Shown here in pieces: positions 18,566 to 28,407 of a DNA stretch of 64,000 nt. How positions within the stretch are numbered: the stretch's first letter is position 1; every line of letters begins with the position of its first letter. Both the position numbers and the translations under genes were made by a program. A model generated the notes under the pieces. The model had not been told where the DNA came from. It did not search any database and saw only the letters and a program-made list of their open reading frames with translations. The DNA lies in contig JAGBHF010000089.1 of the NCBI GenBank assembly GCA_017935645.1, forward strand, positions 914 through 64,913, given 5' to 3'. Origin of the DNA: Bacteroidaceae bacterium (GTDB lineage Bacteria > Bacteroidota > Bacteroidia > Bacteroidales > Barnesiellaceae_A).

Positions 18566-19729
18566 ATGCAAGTACTCTTTCACCTGACAGGTATTGTAAT
18601 CCTATTGCTGTGTGCAATATTGTGTAATCTCTACGTTGTACACCGCATCATAAAGCCTCGTTACGGCAAGCGTGGCGCTACGATTTATATGTCGATACAC
18701 GCCATTGCCATTGCATCACTGTCGGTGATAGGTTGCATTGCCTCTCTGGGCGGATTGGAGGATAGCATACCTACACTTGTGTGGGTTATGTATGGCTTTA
18801 TGGTACTATACATACCCAAGCTGTGCTATACACTTATATCGATATTCGACTATATCAAGCGACCAAGAGGCTGTTTGGCAGGATATATAGGTGTCGCCGT
18901 GGCTATACTGAGCGTGATACTCCTCATAGGCAGTACCATCAACCGATACCGCACGAATGTCAACGAGGTTGAAGTGGAAAGCAAACGCCTACCCAAGAGC
19001 TTCGACGGCTATCGTATCGTACACTTTTCCGACCTGCATTTAGAGACTCTATACTCACGCCCCTTTGCACAAAGAGTGGTCGACCGCATCAACGAATTGA
19101 AGCCCGATATGATTGTATACTCGGGCGATATGGTCAATCGCAAATCAACCGAATTGGATAAATACATTGACATTCTATCGCAACTGAAAGCTCGCGACGG
19201 CGTATACTCGGTATTGGGCAATCATGACTATGGCGACTTTGTTAAATGGCCATCGCGAGAGGCTCATCAAGCCAACCTTGACAGACTCTGTCAACTACAA
19301 GCCGATATGGGCTGGACACTGCTCAACAATGCATCGTCACACATCTACTACAATGGCGATTCTATTGCAATAATAGGCGTCGAAAACTGGGGCGAACCGC
19401 CATTTCAACAATACGGCAATCTGGAAGAGGCCTACCCCGACTTGCATAGTGACACATATAAACTACTTATCAGTCACAACCCTCGACATTGGCGTGCCGA
19501 GGTGCTACCCAACAGCAACATAGACCTTATGATGGCGGGGCACACACACGCACTGCAAATCGAAATTTGTGGTTACTCTCCCATTGAAGCCCACTACCCC
19601 GAATGGGGCGGACTCTACAACGAGGGAGAGCAATATCTATACGTAAACATAGGTATAGGATGCACCATGACACCTACTCGATTGGGTGCTACCCCCGAAA
19701 TAACCTTGATTACCCTCAAATCAAACTAA
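18566..19729 (+). CDS. Membrane-bound calcineurin-like metallophosphoesterase
   Basis: Four N-terminal TMs, then 'HFSDLHL', 'SGDMVN', 'LGNHDY', 'ISHNP', 'AGHTHA' motifs. Confidence 0.8.
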   Translation: MQVLFHLTGIVILLLCAILCNLYVVHRIIKPRYGKRGATIYMSIHAIAIASLSVIGCIASLGGLEDSIPTLVWVMYGFMVLYIPKLCYTLISIFDYIKRPRGCLAGYIGVAVAILSVILLIGSTINRYRTNVNEVEVESKRLPKSFDGYRIVHFSDLHLETLYSRPFAQRVVDRINELKPDMIVYSGDMVNRKSTELDKYIDILSQLKARDGVYSVLGNHDYGDFVKWPSREAHQANLDRLCQLQADMGWTLLNNASSHIYYNGDSIAIIGVENWGEPPFQQYGNLEEAYPDLHSDTYKLLISHNPRHWRAEVLPNSNIDLMMAGHTHALQIEICGYSPIEAHYPEWGGLYNEGEQYLYVNIGIGCTMTPTRLGATPEITLITLKSN

Positions 19730-19732
19730 AAC

Positions 19733-20110
19733 ATGGCAAAAGCACTAATCAGCCTCGGAGCCAACACACCCGACAAGAAAAAAAGACTTGACGATGCCAT
19801 TGTCGCAATAGCCCCAATAGCCTGCATCAAGGCTCAAACGCCTATTTACGAAACGCCTGCCGAAGGCTCTACCGCAACACTCCCCTATGCCAACGCATTA
19901 ATATTGATAGAGACCGAGGCCGAATACGATGAGCTACGCGCCACATTTAAGCAATGGGAAGCTCAAGCCGGTCGCACCCCCGAGAGCAAGGCACAAGGCA
20001 TTATCCCACTCGACGTGGACATTATCACGTGGAACGACAAGGTAATCAAAGAACGTGATATGGAGTTTAACTACATGAAAAAAGGTCTTGAATTGCTTGG
20101 CAAAATATAA
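19733..20110 (+). CDS. HPPK-like (7,8-dihydro-6-hydroxymethylpterin pyrophosphokinase-like) small protein, divergent or truncated
   Basis: 'ALISLGAN', 'PIYETPAEG', 'GRTPE', 'IPLDVDIITWND' resemble HPPK blocks. At 125 aa it is short, and I do not see the C-terminal PHP...R.FVL block. Confidence 0.4.
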   Translation: MAKALISLGANTPDKKKRLDDAIVAIAPIACIKAQTPIYETPAEGSTATLPYANALILIETEAEYDELRATFKQWEAQAGRTPESKAQGIIPLDVDIITWNDKVIKERDMEFNYMKKGLELLGKI

Positions 20111-20299
20111 TCATACAATAAGCCATAGCATATAGGTCGCACAAATCCCTATTACAAACCACTCCTTTTTATCTATTTTTTCAATATTTTTAGTCATTTT
20201 GTTTGCATTTATGCACACACATATATACATTTGCAAAGCAAACGACAAAGTTTGACACATATTGAATAACCCAACAAACAAATAAAACCCTACAGACCT

Positions 20300-21055
20300 A
20301 TGAAAAACATAGTAGAAACCATATTGGAGCGTCGCTCGGTGAGAAGATACGAGCGCATGGCTATCGAAGAGGAGAAAAAACAGCTCATCTACGATGCTAT
20401 CACAACATCACCTACAAGCCACAACGGACAACAATTCAGCGTAATAGCTATTGAGGACCAAGAGATAAAAGAGCAAATATATGAACTTACCAAGCAAAAG
20501 CAGATAAAGACCTGCGCCCTATTCATGGTATTTATCAGCGACTATCACAAGATGGACGTATACGCCGAAGCTAAAGGCTTGAAGTTGCAACCTATACAAC
20601 AAACACTCGACGGCATATTGGTAGGTGCAATTGATGCAACCATAGCCATGAGTAATGCCCGCATAATGGCCGAGGGATTGGGATTGGGCTGCTGTTGCAT
20701 CGGTTACATTCGCACAGCTGCACCCGAGGAGTTGTCGCGACTGCTCAAGTTACCCGAAGGCACAGCTATTATATGCGGACTTACCATAGGTTATCCGCGC
20801 GAGATACCCGACAAGCGCCCCAAACAAGAACAATCGCTGTTTATACACCTCAATCGATACAACGATGAAGGCGTAGCCGAAAAGTTGGAGAAATATGACG
20901 ACGTGATAGGCCGCCACAACGAGTCGCACACCCTCGCACGCTACATTCCTTGGAGCCAACAGATGGTCGACTACTACGAGGAGTCCATCGGTAAGCACAC
21001 AATGGCATACTTCCGCGAGCAAGGATTTGACATCGATAAAGAACCGGGCTTATAG
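20300..21055 (+). CDS. Nitroreductase family NAD(P)H oxidoreductase (NfsA-like)
   Basis: 'ILERRSVRRYE', 'SHNGQQFSVIAI', 'GLGCCCIGYIR'. Confidence 0.75.
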   Translation: MKNIVETILERRSVRRYERMAIEEEKKQLIYDAITTSPTSHNGQQFSVIAIEDQEIKEQIYELTKQKQIKTCALFMVFISDYHKMDVYAEAKGLKLQPIQQTLDGILVGAIDATIAMSNARIMAEGLGLGCCCIGYIRTAAPEELSRLLKLPEGTAIICGLTIGYPREIPDKRPKQEQSLFIHLNRYNDEGVAEKLEKYDDVIGRHNESHTLARYIPWSQQMVDYYEESIGKHTMAYFREQGFDIDKEPGL

Positions 21056-21057
21056 CC

Positions 21058-21711
21058 TCACACCCATTGCAACAGATTGTCGGCGCGGTGGATGATGTGA
21101 CAGGCGCCCGCTTCACGAAGATTATCTTCCGAGCGAAATCCCCAAGTTACACCTACCGACTCCACCCCTGCCGATGATGCTGTGTGCATATCTACATCCG
21201 AGTCGCCCACATACAGAGCCTCTTGTGCCGAGACTTGTGCTGTAGCAAGTATCTCGTGTACAATAGCCGGGTGGGGCTTCTTGGGCACATCATCGCGTTG
21301 TCCCAACACTGCTACAAACGGGATTGTGGGGAAATAATGCTTTACAATCTGTACCGTTGCGCTGTGATACTTGTTGGATGCCACAGCCAACATCACGCCA
21401 CACGTATGCAATGTATCGAGCAGTGCTTCCACCCCGGCATAAGGGCGTGTATGTACTGCATTGTGTGCATCGTAATAGGGCATAAAGAGTTGCCGCAAGC
21501 GCTCGACCTCCCGCTCACAACGCGCCTCAACAGGCAGTGCACGTTCGAGCAGTTTACTGATACCGTTACCCACAAAACGAGGATATTCACTCACCTCGTG
21601 CAACGGATAGCCACACACTTCAAGCGCATAATTGGCCGATACTGCCAAGTCCTCGATTGTATCGAGCAACGTACCATCAAGGTCAAATATTACAAGTTTC
21701 TTCTTCATCAC
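21058..21711 (-). CDS. HAD-superfamily phosphatase (phosphoglycolate phosphatase-like)
   Basis: 'VIFDLDGTLLDT' motif I, 'ASNK' motif II, 'YVGDSDVDMHTA' motif III/IV. Confidence 0.8.
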   Translation of the reverse strand: MMKKKLVIFDLDGTLLDTIEDLAVSANYALEVCGYPLHEVSEYPRFVGNGISKLLERALPVEARCEREVERLRQLFMPYYDAHNAVHTRPYAGVEALLDTLHTCGVMLAVASNKYHSATVQIVKHYFPTIPFVAVLGQRDDVPKKPHPAIVHEILATAQVSAQEALYVGDSDVDMHTASSAGVESVGVTWGFRSEDNLREAGACHIIHRADNLLQWV

Positions 21712-21861
21712 AACATATATTTAAGCACAAAGATAGTACTTTCACAATCTAAAAAAATATTAAATAGTCTTTTTGTTGGTTGAGATTTATATTTTGCCTA
21801 ACTTCGCGCCATAAAATACAAACATCAAATTTAATTACAAACCACAACTAAAATCGAGAGA

Positions 21862-23529
21862 ATGGAATGGTTAACTAACTTAATCTGTGGTACCTCAATT
21901 GCCCACACCGCATTTCTCTATGCATTGGTCATAGCAGCAGGTGTATTGCTGGGTCGTATCAAGATTTTTGGAGTTTCTCTGGGTGTTACTTTTGTACTCT
22001 TTGTGGGTATTCTATTAGGACACTTTGGTCTCACCGTAAACGGCGAGATACTCCACTTTGTCAAAGAGTTTGGACTCATACTCTTTGTATTTTCAATCGG
22101 TCTTCAAGTAGGCCCCGGTTTCTTCGCATCCTTCAAGAGCGAAGGTATCAAGCTCAACATGATGGCAATGGCGATTATCGCACTCAACATCATTGTAGCA
22201 CTTGTTATCTTCTTCTTCGACGATAGCATCGGACTCATGATTGTGGGTATCCTCTCGGGTGCTGTTACCAACACCCCCGGATTGGGTGCTGCCGAGCAAG
22301 CCCTCAACCAGCTCTACACCGATGGTGTTATCTACCAAGTACCGCAATTGGCACTCGGATATGCCGTAGCCTACCCCTTGGGTGTAGTAGGTATTATCCT
22401 CGCAATGATTCTTATCCGTGCCATATTCCGTGTGAAATTCAACGAAGAGACTGAGCAAATCGAGCGCGAGCAAAATGACAGCCAATTGGCTCCTCACATC
22501 GTTACTTATCGTATCGAGAACAAACTTATTGCAGGTCGCAAGCTCAGTGAATTATCGTCGATGATTAACCGTAACTTCGTAGTTTCGCGTATCAATCACA
22601 ACAACGAGGTAATCATCCCCAACTCTACCACAATACTCGAAGAGGGCGATTTGTTGCTCTGTGTACTTTCGGAACAAGACGAAGAGGCCTTGACAGCCTT
22701 CATCGGACCTAAAATAGAGATGGACTGGGAGGCCATACAAGCACCCGTCGTATCGCGCAGCATCTTGGTATCGAAGGAGGAGTACAACGGTCGCAAATTG
22801 GGTTCTATGCGCCTGCGCATGGGTTATCGCTTGAATGTTACTCGTGTTACTCGTGCCGGTGTCGACCTTCTTGCCAGCCCCAACCTCGCCTTGCAAATGG
22901 GCGACCGTGTTACTGTTGTAGGTAAAGACGAAGATATTGACCGCTTGGCCGAGAAGTTGGGTAACTCGATGAAGCACCTCAACCACCCCAACTTGTTTAC
23001 CATCTTTATCGGTATCATGATAGGTATTGTATTCGGTAGCATGCCTTTTGCAGTACCCGGAATGCCCGTACCCTTGAAACTTGGTCTCGCCGGTGGTCCG
23101 CTTATCATTGCCATCCTCATTGGTCGTTATGGTCACAAAATGCGCCTCACCACCTATACATCAACAAGTGCCAACCTCATGTTGCGCGAGGTAGGTATCA
23201 GCCTCTTCCTTGCCAGCGTGGGTATAGGAGCCGGAGGCGAATTTGTTAAGACAATCATGGAAGGTGGTCTTATGTGGGTATTGTGGGGCTTCCTCATCAC
23301 CATCATCCCCTTGCTCATCGTAGGCTCGGTAGCACGTGGATATTACAAGCTCAACTATTATACCCTCATGGGTCTTATGGCCGGTGCTTGCACCGATCCC
23401 CCAGCACTTGCCTATAGCAACAAGGTAGCCGGCAACGACGCTCCCTCGGTAGCATATACAACCGTATATCCCTTAACAATGTTCTTACGTATTCTCACCG
23501 CCCAAGTACTCGTACTTGCATTGGCATAA
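21862..23529 (+). CDS. YidE/YbjL (AAE) family putative transporter with two central TrkA-C/RCK_C domains
   Basis: 555 aa. Duplicated membrane halves flank two 'EGD.L..vG' RCK_C-like units ('[14 protein letters not shown]', '[14 protein letters not shown]'). Confidence 0.75.
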   Translation: MEWLTNLICGTSIAHTAFLYALVIAAGVLLGRIKIFGVSLGVTFVLFVGILLGHFGLTVNGEILHFVKEFGLILFVFSIGLQVGPGFFASFKSEGIKLNMMAMAIIALNIIVALVIFFFDDSIGLMIVGILSGAVTNTPGLGAAEQALNQLYTDGVIYQVPQLALGYAVAYPLGVVGIILAMILIRAIFRVKFNEETEQIEREQNDSQLAPHIVTYRIENKLIAGRKLSELSSMINRNFVVSRINHNNEVIIPNSTTILEEGDLLLCVLSEQDEEALTAFIGPKIEMDWEAIQAPVVSRSILVSKEEYNGRKLGSMRLRMGYRLNVTRVTRAGVDLLASPNLALQMGDRVTVVGKDEDIDRLAEKLGNSMKHLNHPNLFTIFIGIMIGIVFGSMPFAVPGMPVPLKLGLAGGPLIIAILIGRYGHKMRLTTYTSTSANLMLREVGISLFLASVGIGAGGEFVKTIMEGGLMWVLWGFLITIIPLLIVGSVARGYYKLNYYTLMGLMAGACTDPPALAYSNKVAGNDAPSVAYTTVYPLTMFLRILTAQVLVLALA

Positions 23530-23551
23530 ACGAGAGGAAGACAATCCATAT

Positions 23552-23596
23552 CACAGCACGCCCCGCTTGGTCATCAACCTTGCGGGGCGTGCTGTG
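23552..23596. terminator. Bidirectional terminator hairpin between convergent genes
   Basis: Perfect 15-bp inverted repeat CACAGCACGCCCCGC...GCGGGGCGTGCTGTG with a 15-nt loop. Confidence 0.65.
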
Positions 23597-23642
23597 ATTA
23601 CAAGATAAAATATCTACTGTCTTTGGCTACAGTACGACTTTC

Positions 23643-25202
23643 TTAATAGGGGAAGTATTGATACCAAGTATCATAGTTAAATACAAATGAGAAGGTAACA
23701 GTAACTGTAATATTTTCATTCCAATTTACACGCCACAAAGTAGCATTGTCGAATGTAAGAAGCGCACCATCGTAGAAATCTCCGCTACAAACGGTACTTA
23801 AATAACTATTTACGGCTGTAAATTTTTCGCGAGTAACAAAATACCATGTCTCAGTAATGCGACTATTCTCGACATATATTTCATTGGCAGAGCCACCTAT
23901 ATTGAGCATCTCACAGCCCGACAATTTTATCGAAGATGTTGTTACAGCACCAAGAGGCTGATTTGCCTCGGTAAATTGACAATTATATACCTCTAAGGTA
24001 TCGCAACTTCCTCGCAAAGTTCCCATATCGAGTACATTCTTCAATATCAGTTTCTCGGTGGCAAAATCTTCAACACGACCTTTGACATTCATACAATCAT
24101 CAAGCACCAAAACTTTCATCTTTATTCCGGTATTGATACTTACCTTGTCAAAACGGGCACCACGAAAATCCACTTCTGCAATTGTATTGAGACGGCTATC
24201 TATCAGACATTCACCCGACAGATTGTTATCGGGCAACGAAATTTTCACCACATTACCCTCGGCATCAGTCTCTATGCCATACCACTCCGATAGAGGCGCA
24301 TCGGAGAGCCAGCCACTATTATTGTTCCAAGCATGACCATTTGCAGCTACATAGAAATCATACAATGCGCCCTCTGTCACCGAAGGCTTGTCGCCATAAA
24401 CAGGTCGCACCAATTGTCCTACATAAGTAGCACCATCCCACGAGGTCTGCTCGAAGCGTGAAGACTCAAAGCAAAAGTAGTGCGATTGATCGGTATAATC
24501 GGCTGTTGATGTCCAGTAAGAGCCATAATCTCCTTGACGCATTTTGCCATAGTAATTTACATATCCACCGGCAGGTAAGAATATGCTATTGCCATTGGGT
24601 CCGGTCACCTTTATACCCCAATTTCCATCTGTGCCATACTGCTCCCACGACCATGTACAACGGGTTATAAGTTCTTTACACTCCAATTGCGATGGCATAC
24701 GCCATTTATCACCATGCGTAGCTGTTGCCACATCGTATTGAGTAGCACCTATATCATCGCCCAAATAAGTTCCTTGATACGAATAGTTAGATACATCGTA
24801 ATAATCTTTAGGCTCAAGTTCACCCCAAGCATAATAGTTACCATAGTCATCAGGGGTAGTTGCACCCACATTCATCGAGGCCCACATGACCGACAAGCCC
24901 AGGTCTACCATCTCAAATTGTGGAGGTTCCGGCACATCGGGTACGGTATCGGTTGGTACATCCGGCACAGTGTCGACAGGAATTTCAGGAACTGTATCTT
25001 CTGGACTATCAGGGTTAACAGGCGGGGTATCAGGTTCATCAGGAGTTGTTTCCGGACGAACAAACACCATGCTGTCGACATCGGCAACCGGCACTGTAAC
25101 CACTCTTTCGCCATTTTTATAAAAGACGAAACTTTTGAATGTATCGGCTCCTGCCAAAAACGCTACAAGAGCAATAAATATTGTAATAACACGACGGTTC
25201 AT
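23643..25202 (-). CDS. Secreted protein: Pro/Asp/Thr/Val repeat linker, FISUMP/DUF1566-like domain, LRR-like C-terminal domain
   Basis: Signal peptide. 'PEIPVDTVPDVPTDTVPDVPEPP' linker. 'NYYAWGE', 'WRMPSQLECKELI', 'GSYWTSTA' (Fibrobacter-paralogous/DUF1566-type blocks). 'LYDFYVAANGHAWNNNSGWLSDAPLSEWYGIETDAEGNVVKISLPDNNLSG' is an LRR N-cap-like block. Confidence 0.6.
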   Translation of the reverse strand: MNRRVITIFIALVAFLAGADTFKSFVFYKNGERVVTVPVADVDSMVFVRPETTPDEPDTPPVNPDSPEDTVPEIPVDTVPDVPTDTVPDVPEPPQFEMVDLGLSVMWASMNVGATTPDDYGNYYAWGELEPKDYYDVSNYSYQGTYLGDDIGATQYDVATATHGDKWRMPSQLECKELITRCTWSWEQYGTDGNWGIKVTGPNGNSIFLPAGGYVNYYGKMRQGDYGSYWTSTADYTDQSHYFCFESSRFEQTSWDGATYVGQLVRPVYGDKPSVTEGALYDFYVAANGHAWNNNSGWLSDAPLSEWYGIETDAEGNVVKISLPDNNLSGECLIDSRLNTIAEVDFRGARFDKVSINTGIKMKVLVLDDCMNVKGRVEDFATEKLILKNVLDMGTLRGSCDTLEVYNCQFTEANQPLGAVTTSSIKLSGCEMLNIGGSANEIYVENSRITETWYFVTREKFTAVNSYLSTVCSGDFYDGALLTFDNATLWRVNWNENITVTVTFSFVFNYDTWYQYFPY

Positions 25203-25223
25203 ATGGCTCTCTGTTTTGATGTT

Positions 25224-25718
25224 CTACCTCTTATATATCTTTACAACGCGAGTGCCTACTTGCAAGATGTAATAGCCCGACATCAAGGCACTGCAATCGA
25301 CCTCGCCATAACCCTGCGGTAAAGTTTGTTGCAAAACAAGTACACCCTGCAGCGAGAAAACCCGCACGACACACGAAGATGCCAATCCTTGAACTTGCAC
25401 TACATCGTTTTGCTCCGAGAAACACACCGTTGGCTCTTGACTTTCATCACTGACGGTTGGTAACGATGAATAGGTATTGAAAACCAACTTTAAGGCCACA
25501 TCGATAGGCTCTGTAGCCAAACATTCACCCTCATGCGATATGAGCGAAATAGTATTAGCCTTCACCTCTATACGGCCTATTATAGACAATAGATAGGACT
25601 GCTCAGCCGATGTACTGCTACTTACAATAGAAATACCGGGCTCGGCTTGTGATGGCAACATCGACAACAAAGCCACTGCCACCAACATTATAATTCGGTT
25701 TATATCATACTTTTTCAT
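25224..25718 (-). CDS. Small T9SS-sorted protein (mature part of about 60-80 aa plus T9SS CTD)
   Basis: Signal peptide MKKYDINRIIMLVAVALLSMLPSQA. C-terminus 'VRVFSLQGVLVLQQTLPQGYGEVDCSALMSGYYILQVGTRVVKIYKR' is a type-A CTD pattern. Confidence 0.6.
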   Translation of the reverse strand: MKKYDINRIIMLVAVALLSMLPSQAEPGISIVSSSTSAEQSYLLSIIGRIEVKANTISLISHEGECLATEPIDVALKLVFNTYSSLPTVSDESQEPTVCFSEQNDVVQVQGLASSCVVRVFSLQGVLVLQQTLPQGYGEVDCSALMSGYYILQVGTRVVKIYKR

Positions 25719-25721
25719 AGG

Positions 25722-26984
25722 CTAATAAAATAAAACTTTGTTAATAAATCCATCTATCACCCATATCGGTTTTTCATTGCGTACCAGCGCCGATTTGCAT
25801 CTTATCTCATTACCATTATCATCCCTATTAGGAGTTCTCATAATAGCGTAGAAATCATTGTCACACATAAAAAAACTCTCTACCGATTCTTCATCATTTT
25901 CGTATTCTGTAACAAGATTTTTTTGATAGAGATAACGTCCATAGTAACTGCCATTCTTCCAGAAGTGAATACCATCGGTTGCGTAGCCATAATAGTCGTC
26001 GATACCATCCTCGTTTTTATCTATCAGCCAACCGTGTACCCACATATTACCGCCCTCATCAAAATAGATTCTTTGGGGGTCGTACTCACACACTGTTTCG
26101 CCTTGCGACGACACTATAAAAAAGTATTCTTTACTGATTCCTTGACTATCCCAATAAAAATATTTTCGACCGCATGCATAGTAGTCTCCTTTATAATAGG
26201 TAACATTACTCAAACCTAAATCATAACTTTTGTCGGGGGTAGTTAGCCAAGAACCGTTACCGATGCCATGATATACATAGAACCAATTTACAATTGAACT
26301 ATAGAAGTTTTCGCTTATTGTTCCATACTCTGTCCATCGTCTCAAACAATAGTGTATTATATCATCTTCAACTGTAAAATCTTCTACCCAACCATCATAA
26401 AGATCTCTTTCTGTATGGTAAAATATCAGTTCTTCGTCATTTTTCTTATAGAAATACTTCCGTTTATCTGTATTAAATTCACTGGTATAGCCTTCTACAT
26501 AAACATTATCACCGTCAAATATTATATTTGAAATACCACTATAATCTTCGTCTATGATTTCTTTCCAAAAGATTTCACCATTTTTCCACATACATTTTAC
26601 TTCCGTTTCATCTTCCTCATAATAATAAGAAAGAATAAAAAGGTCGCCTTTATCATTGACAGCTGCTCTTTGGAAACGATGTTTATTTCCCGTTTCGGGG
26701 TCTATGAGTTCTACCTCTTTACCATCGATATACAAAACGTTTTCGGTATTGAGACTTTCATCATCAACATAACGGCTGATATAAAATAAGCCACGATAAC
26801 CCGGCAACACAGGCACATCCGACTCTATAACAGCAATACTATCTGCATCTATCTCGTGAGTGACACGCCCATTGCCATATAACCACACATTGGGTTCTTG
26901 CGCCATGGCAACAGATGTAATCGCTACCAAAGCAGTCAGGAACAATACATTTCGAAGCTTCGCTAAAACATCAACCTTATTCAT
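25722..26984 (-). CDS. Secreted Tyr/Trp/Asp-rich repeat protein (possible beta-propeller), function unknown
   Basis: Signal peptide ...VAITSVAMAQ. Recurrent '(W/Y)KNG..' / 'IDGKEV' / 'VRNEKPIW' segments spaced about 45-60 aa apart. The DNA is visibly A+T-rich. Confidence 0.55.
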   Translation of the reverse strand: MNKVDVLAKLRNVLFLTALVAITSVAMAQEPNVWLYGNGRVTHEIDADSIAVIESDVPVLPGYRGLFYISRYVDDESLNTENVLYIDGKEVELIDPETGNKHRFQRAAVNDKGDLFILSYYYEEDETEVKCMWKNGEIFWKEIIDEDYSGISNIIFDGDNVYVEGYTSEFNTDKRKYFYKKNDEELIFYHTERDLYDGWVEDFTVEDDIIHYCLRRWTEYGTISENFYSSIVNWFYVYHGIGNGSWLTTPDKSYDLGLSNVTYYKGDYYACGRKYFYWDSQGISKEYFFIVSSQGETVCEYDPQRIYFDEGGNMWVHGWLIDKNEDGIDDYYGYATDGIHFWKNGSYYGRYLYQKNLVTEYENDEESVESFFMCDNDFYAIMRTPNRDDNGNEIRCKSALVRNEKPIWVIDGFINKVLFY

Positions 26985-27185
26985 AGCTCTTTCTATTTTA
27001 ATTATTCATATCGACTACAGGTGTTGCATTCTTATATAATATTTCACAGATACACTGAAATAAAATACAAATATTACAACTATCAGAATTCAGCAACAAA
27101 AGAATATTTTGCGATAAAACACAAGTATTACCACCACAAATGTAATATTATATTCGTTAACAACAAACAATAATCATAATATAAT

Positions 27186-27217
27186 AAAAAAAACACCTCG
27201 ATGAATCACCGAGGCGT
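27186..27217 (-). terminator. Rho-independent terminator after gldN
   Basis: Minus strand ACGCCTCGGTGATTCATCGAGGTGT hairpin followed by TTTTTTTT. Confidence 0.6.
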
Positions 27218-27243
27218 TGTATTAATATAAAGAAATAAAGTTA

Positions 27244-28371
27244 TTACTTGGTGCGGCGAACCGAGCGTACGGGAGCGTTGCTACTGCTTGAGCTTGATGA
27301 CTTTTGGGCTTTGGGTTTCTTAGCTTTTTTCTCCTTGGCTCCACTGCGAGATGAGCGCGACTCCGACTTGGACTCCTTCTTTTCGCTTTGCTTTACCGAG
27401 CGTTTTTTGTCTTCCTTGGTCGCATCGGCTACAGCCTCGTCACCTTCGGCTTCGGCGTTCTCTTCTTCAAGAGCAGCCTTCTCTTCGGGTGTCAACACCC
27501 ACAGGCCTTTCTCAAACGATTGCAATGTATTCTCGATACTATCTTGTGCATGACGCAAGAGCGAGTCGGTAGGATACTGTTGCATGAGCGATTGATTGCG
27601 TAGGTTGCGAGTCTTGTAGATGTCGCCATCATACATATTCATCTTGAAATAGTCGTCGTAGTTGTGTTGCATTACTTGGTTGGCATCGCCAGTTATGATG
27701 TATTGTTGTGCCAGATAGGGACGAATATCATCGTACTTGAGCCAGAACATGGGGTAACGCAAAGGCTCGCCACCAAAGTCGCCACTACGGTGCAAGACAG
27801 GGCAAATGGCCTCAATCATCACATCGAAACGCGATGTTCCACGATTGAACGCCCACTTCTCGATAAGATAGTATGACAACACTTCGTAGCAAGGTACATC
27901 GCTCTCGTCGATGGCAAAAAGAGGATTCTTCTCGGTACTACCCTTCTGCTCGGTATAAATGATTGAGAAACGGTCGAGCATTTCGCGCACATTCACCTTG
28001 TACTTGTCGGTAAACACCTCACGACCGTCGAGGTACTCATAGGCAGTAACCTTGTTTTCGGCGAGCAGACGCAGGAGTATGCGGAAGAGGTTTTGCAACT
28101 CCTCGGTAGGATCCTCGGGATAGTAAAGCGGGAGGTTGGCATCCTTGGTAAGATCGAGCTGGCGATATACCACACGCATCCAAGGGATATCTTTCTCGGC
28201 CGGGGAGTTCGACTCGTAGAGTCCTCTGGCTCGTACTGAAAGGTTTATCTCATTATCGGTTTTCTTCGTAGCGGCATCCTTGTCGGCACGACGCACTACC
28301 TGCGCATCGGCAGCAGTGATGGCAAGCATAGCTACAGCTACGGTAACGATGAGAGCACGGAACATTTTCAT
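27244..28371 (-). CDS. gldN: T9SS ring protein GldN/PorN with a Lys/Ser/Glu-rich C-terminal tail
   Basis: Position after gldM. Signal peptide. 'IPWMRVVYRQLDL', 'LYYP' and 'FRILLRLL' blocks are typical of GldN. The last 75 aa or so are low complexity (KKESKSESRSSRSGAKEKKAKKPKAQKSSSSSSS). Confidence 0.8.
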   Translation of the reverse strand: MKMFRALIVTVAVAMLAITAADAQVVRRADKDAATKKTDNEINLSVRARGLYESNSPAEKDIPWMRVVYRQLDLTKDANLPLYYPEDPTEELQNLFRILLRLLAENKVTAYEYLDGREVFTDKYKVNVREMLDRFSIIYTEQKGSTEKNPLFAIDESDVPCYEVLSYYLIEKWAFNRGTSRFDVMIEAICPVLHRSGDFGGEPLRYPMFWLKYDDIRPYLAQQYIITGDANQVMQHNYDDYFKMNMYDGDIYKTRNLRNQSLMQQYPTDSLLRHAQDSIENTLQSFEKGLWVLTPEEKAALEEENAEAEGDEAVADATKEDKKRSVKQSEKKESKSESRSSRSGAKEKKAKKPKAQKSSSSSSSNAPVRSVRRTK

Positions 28372-28407
28372 AATTATATATGTTTTTATGCGTTTATATT
28401 GGGTTTA

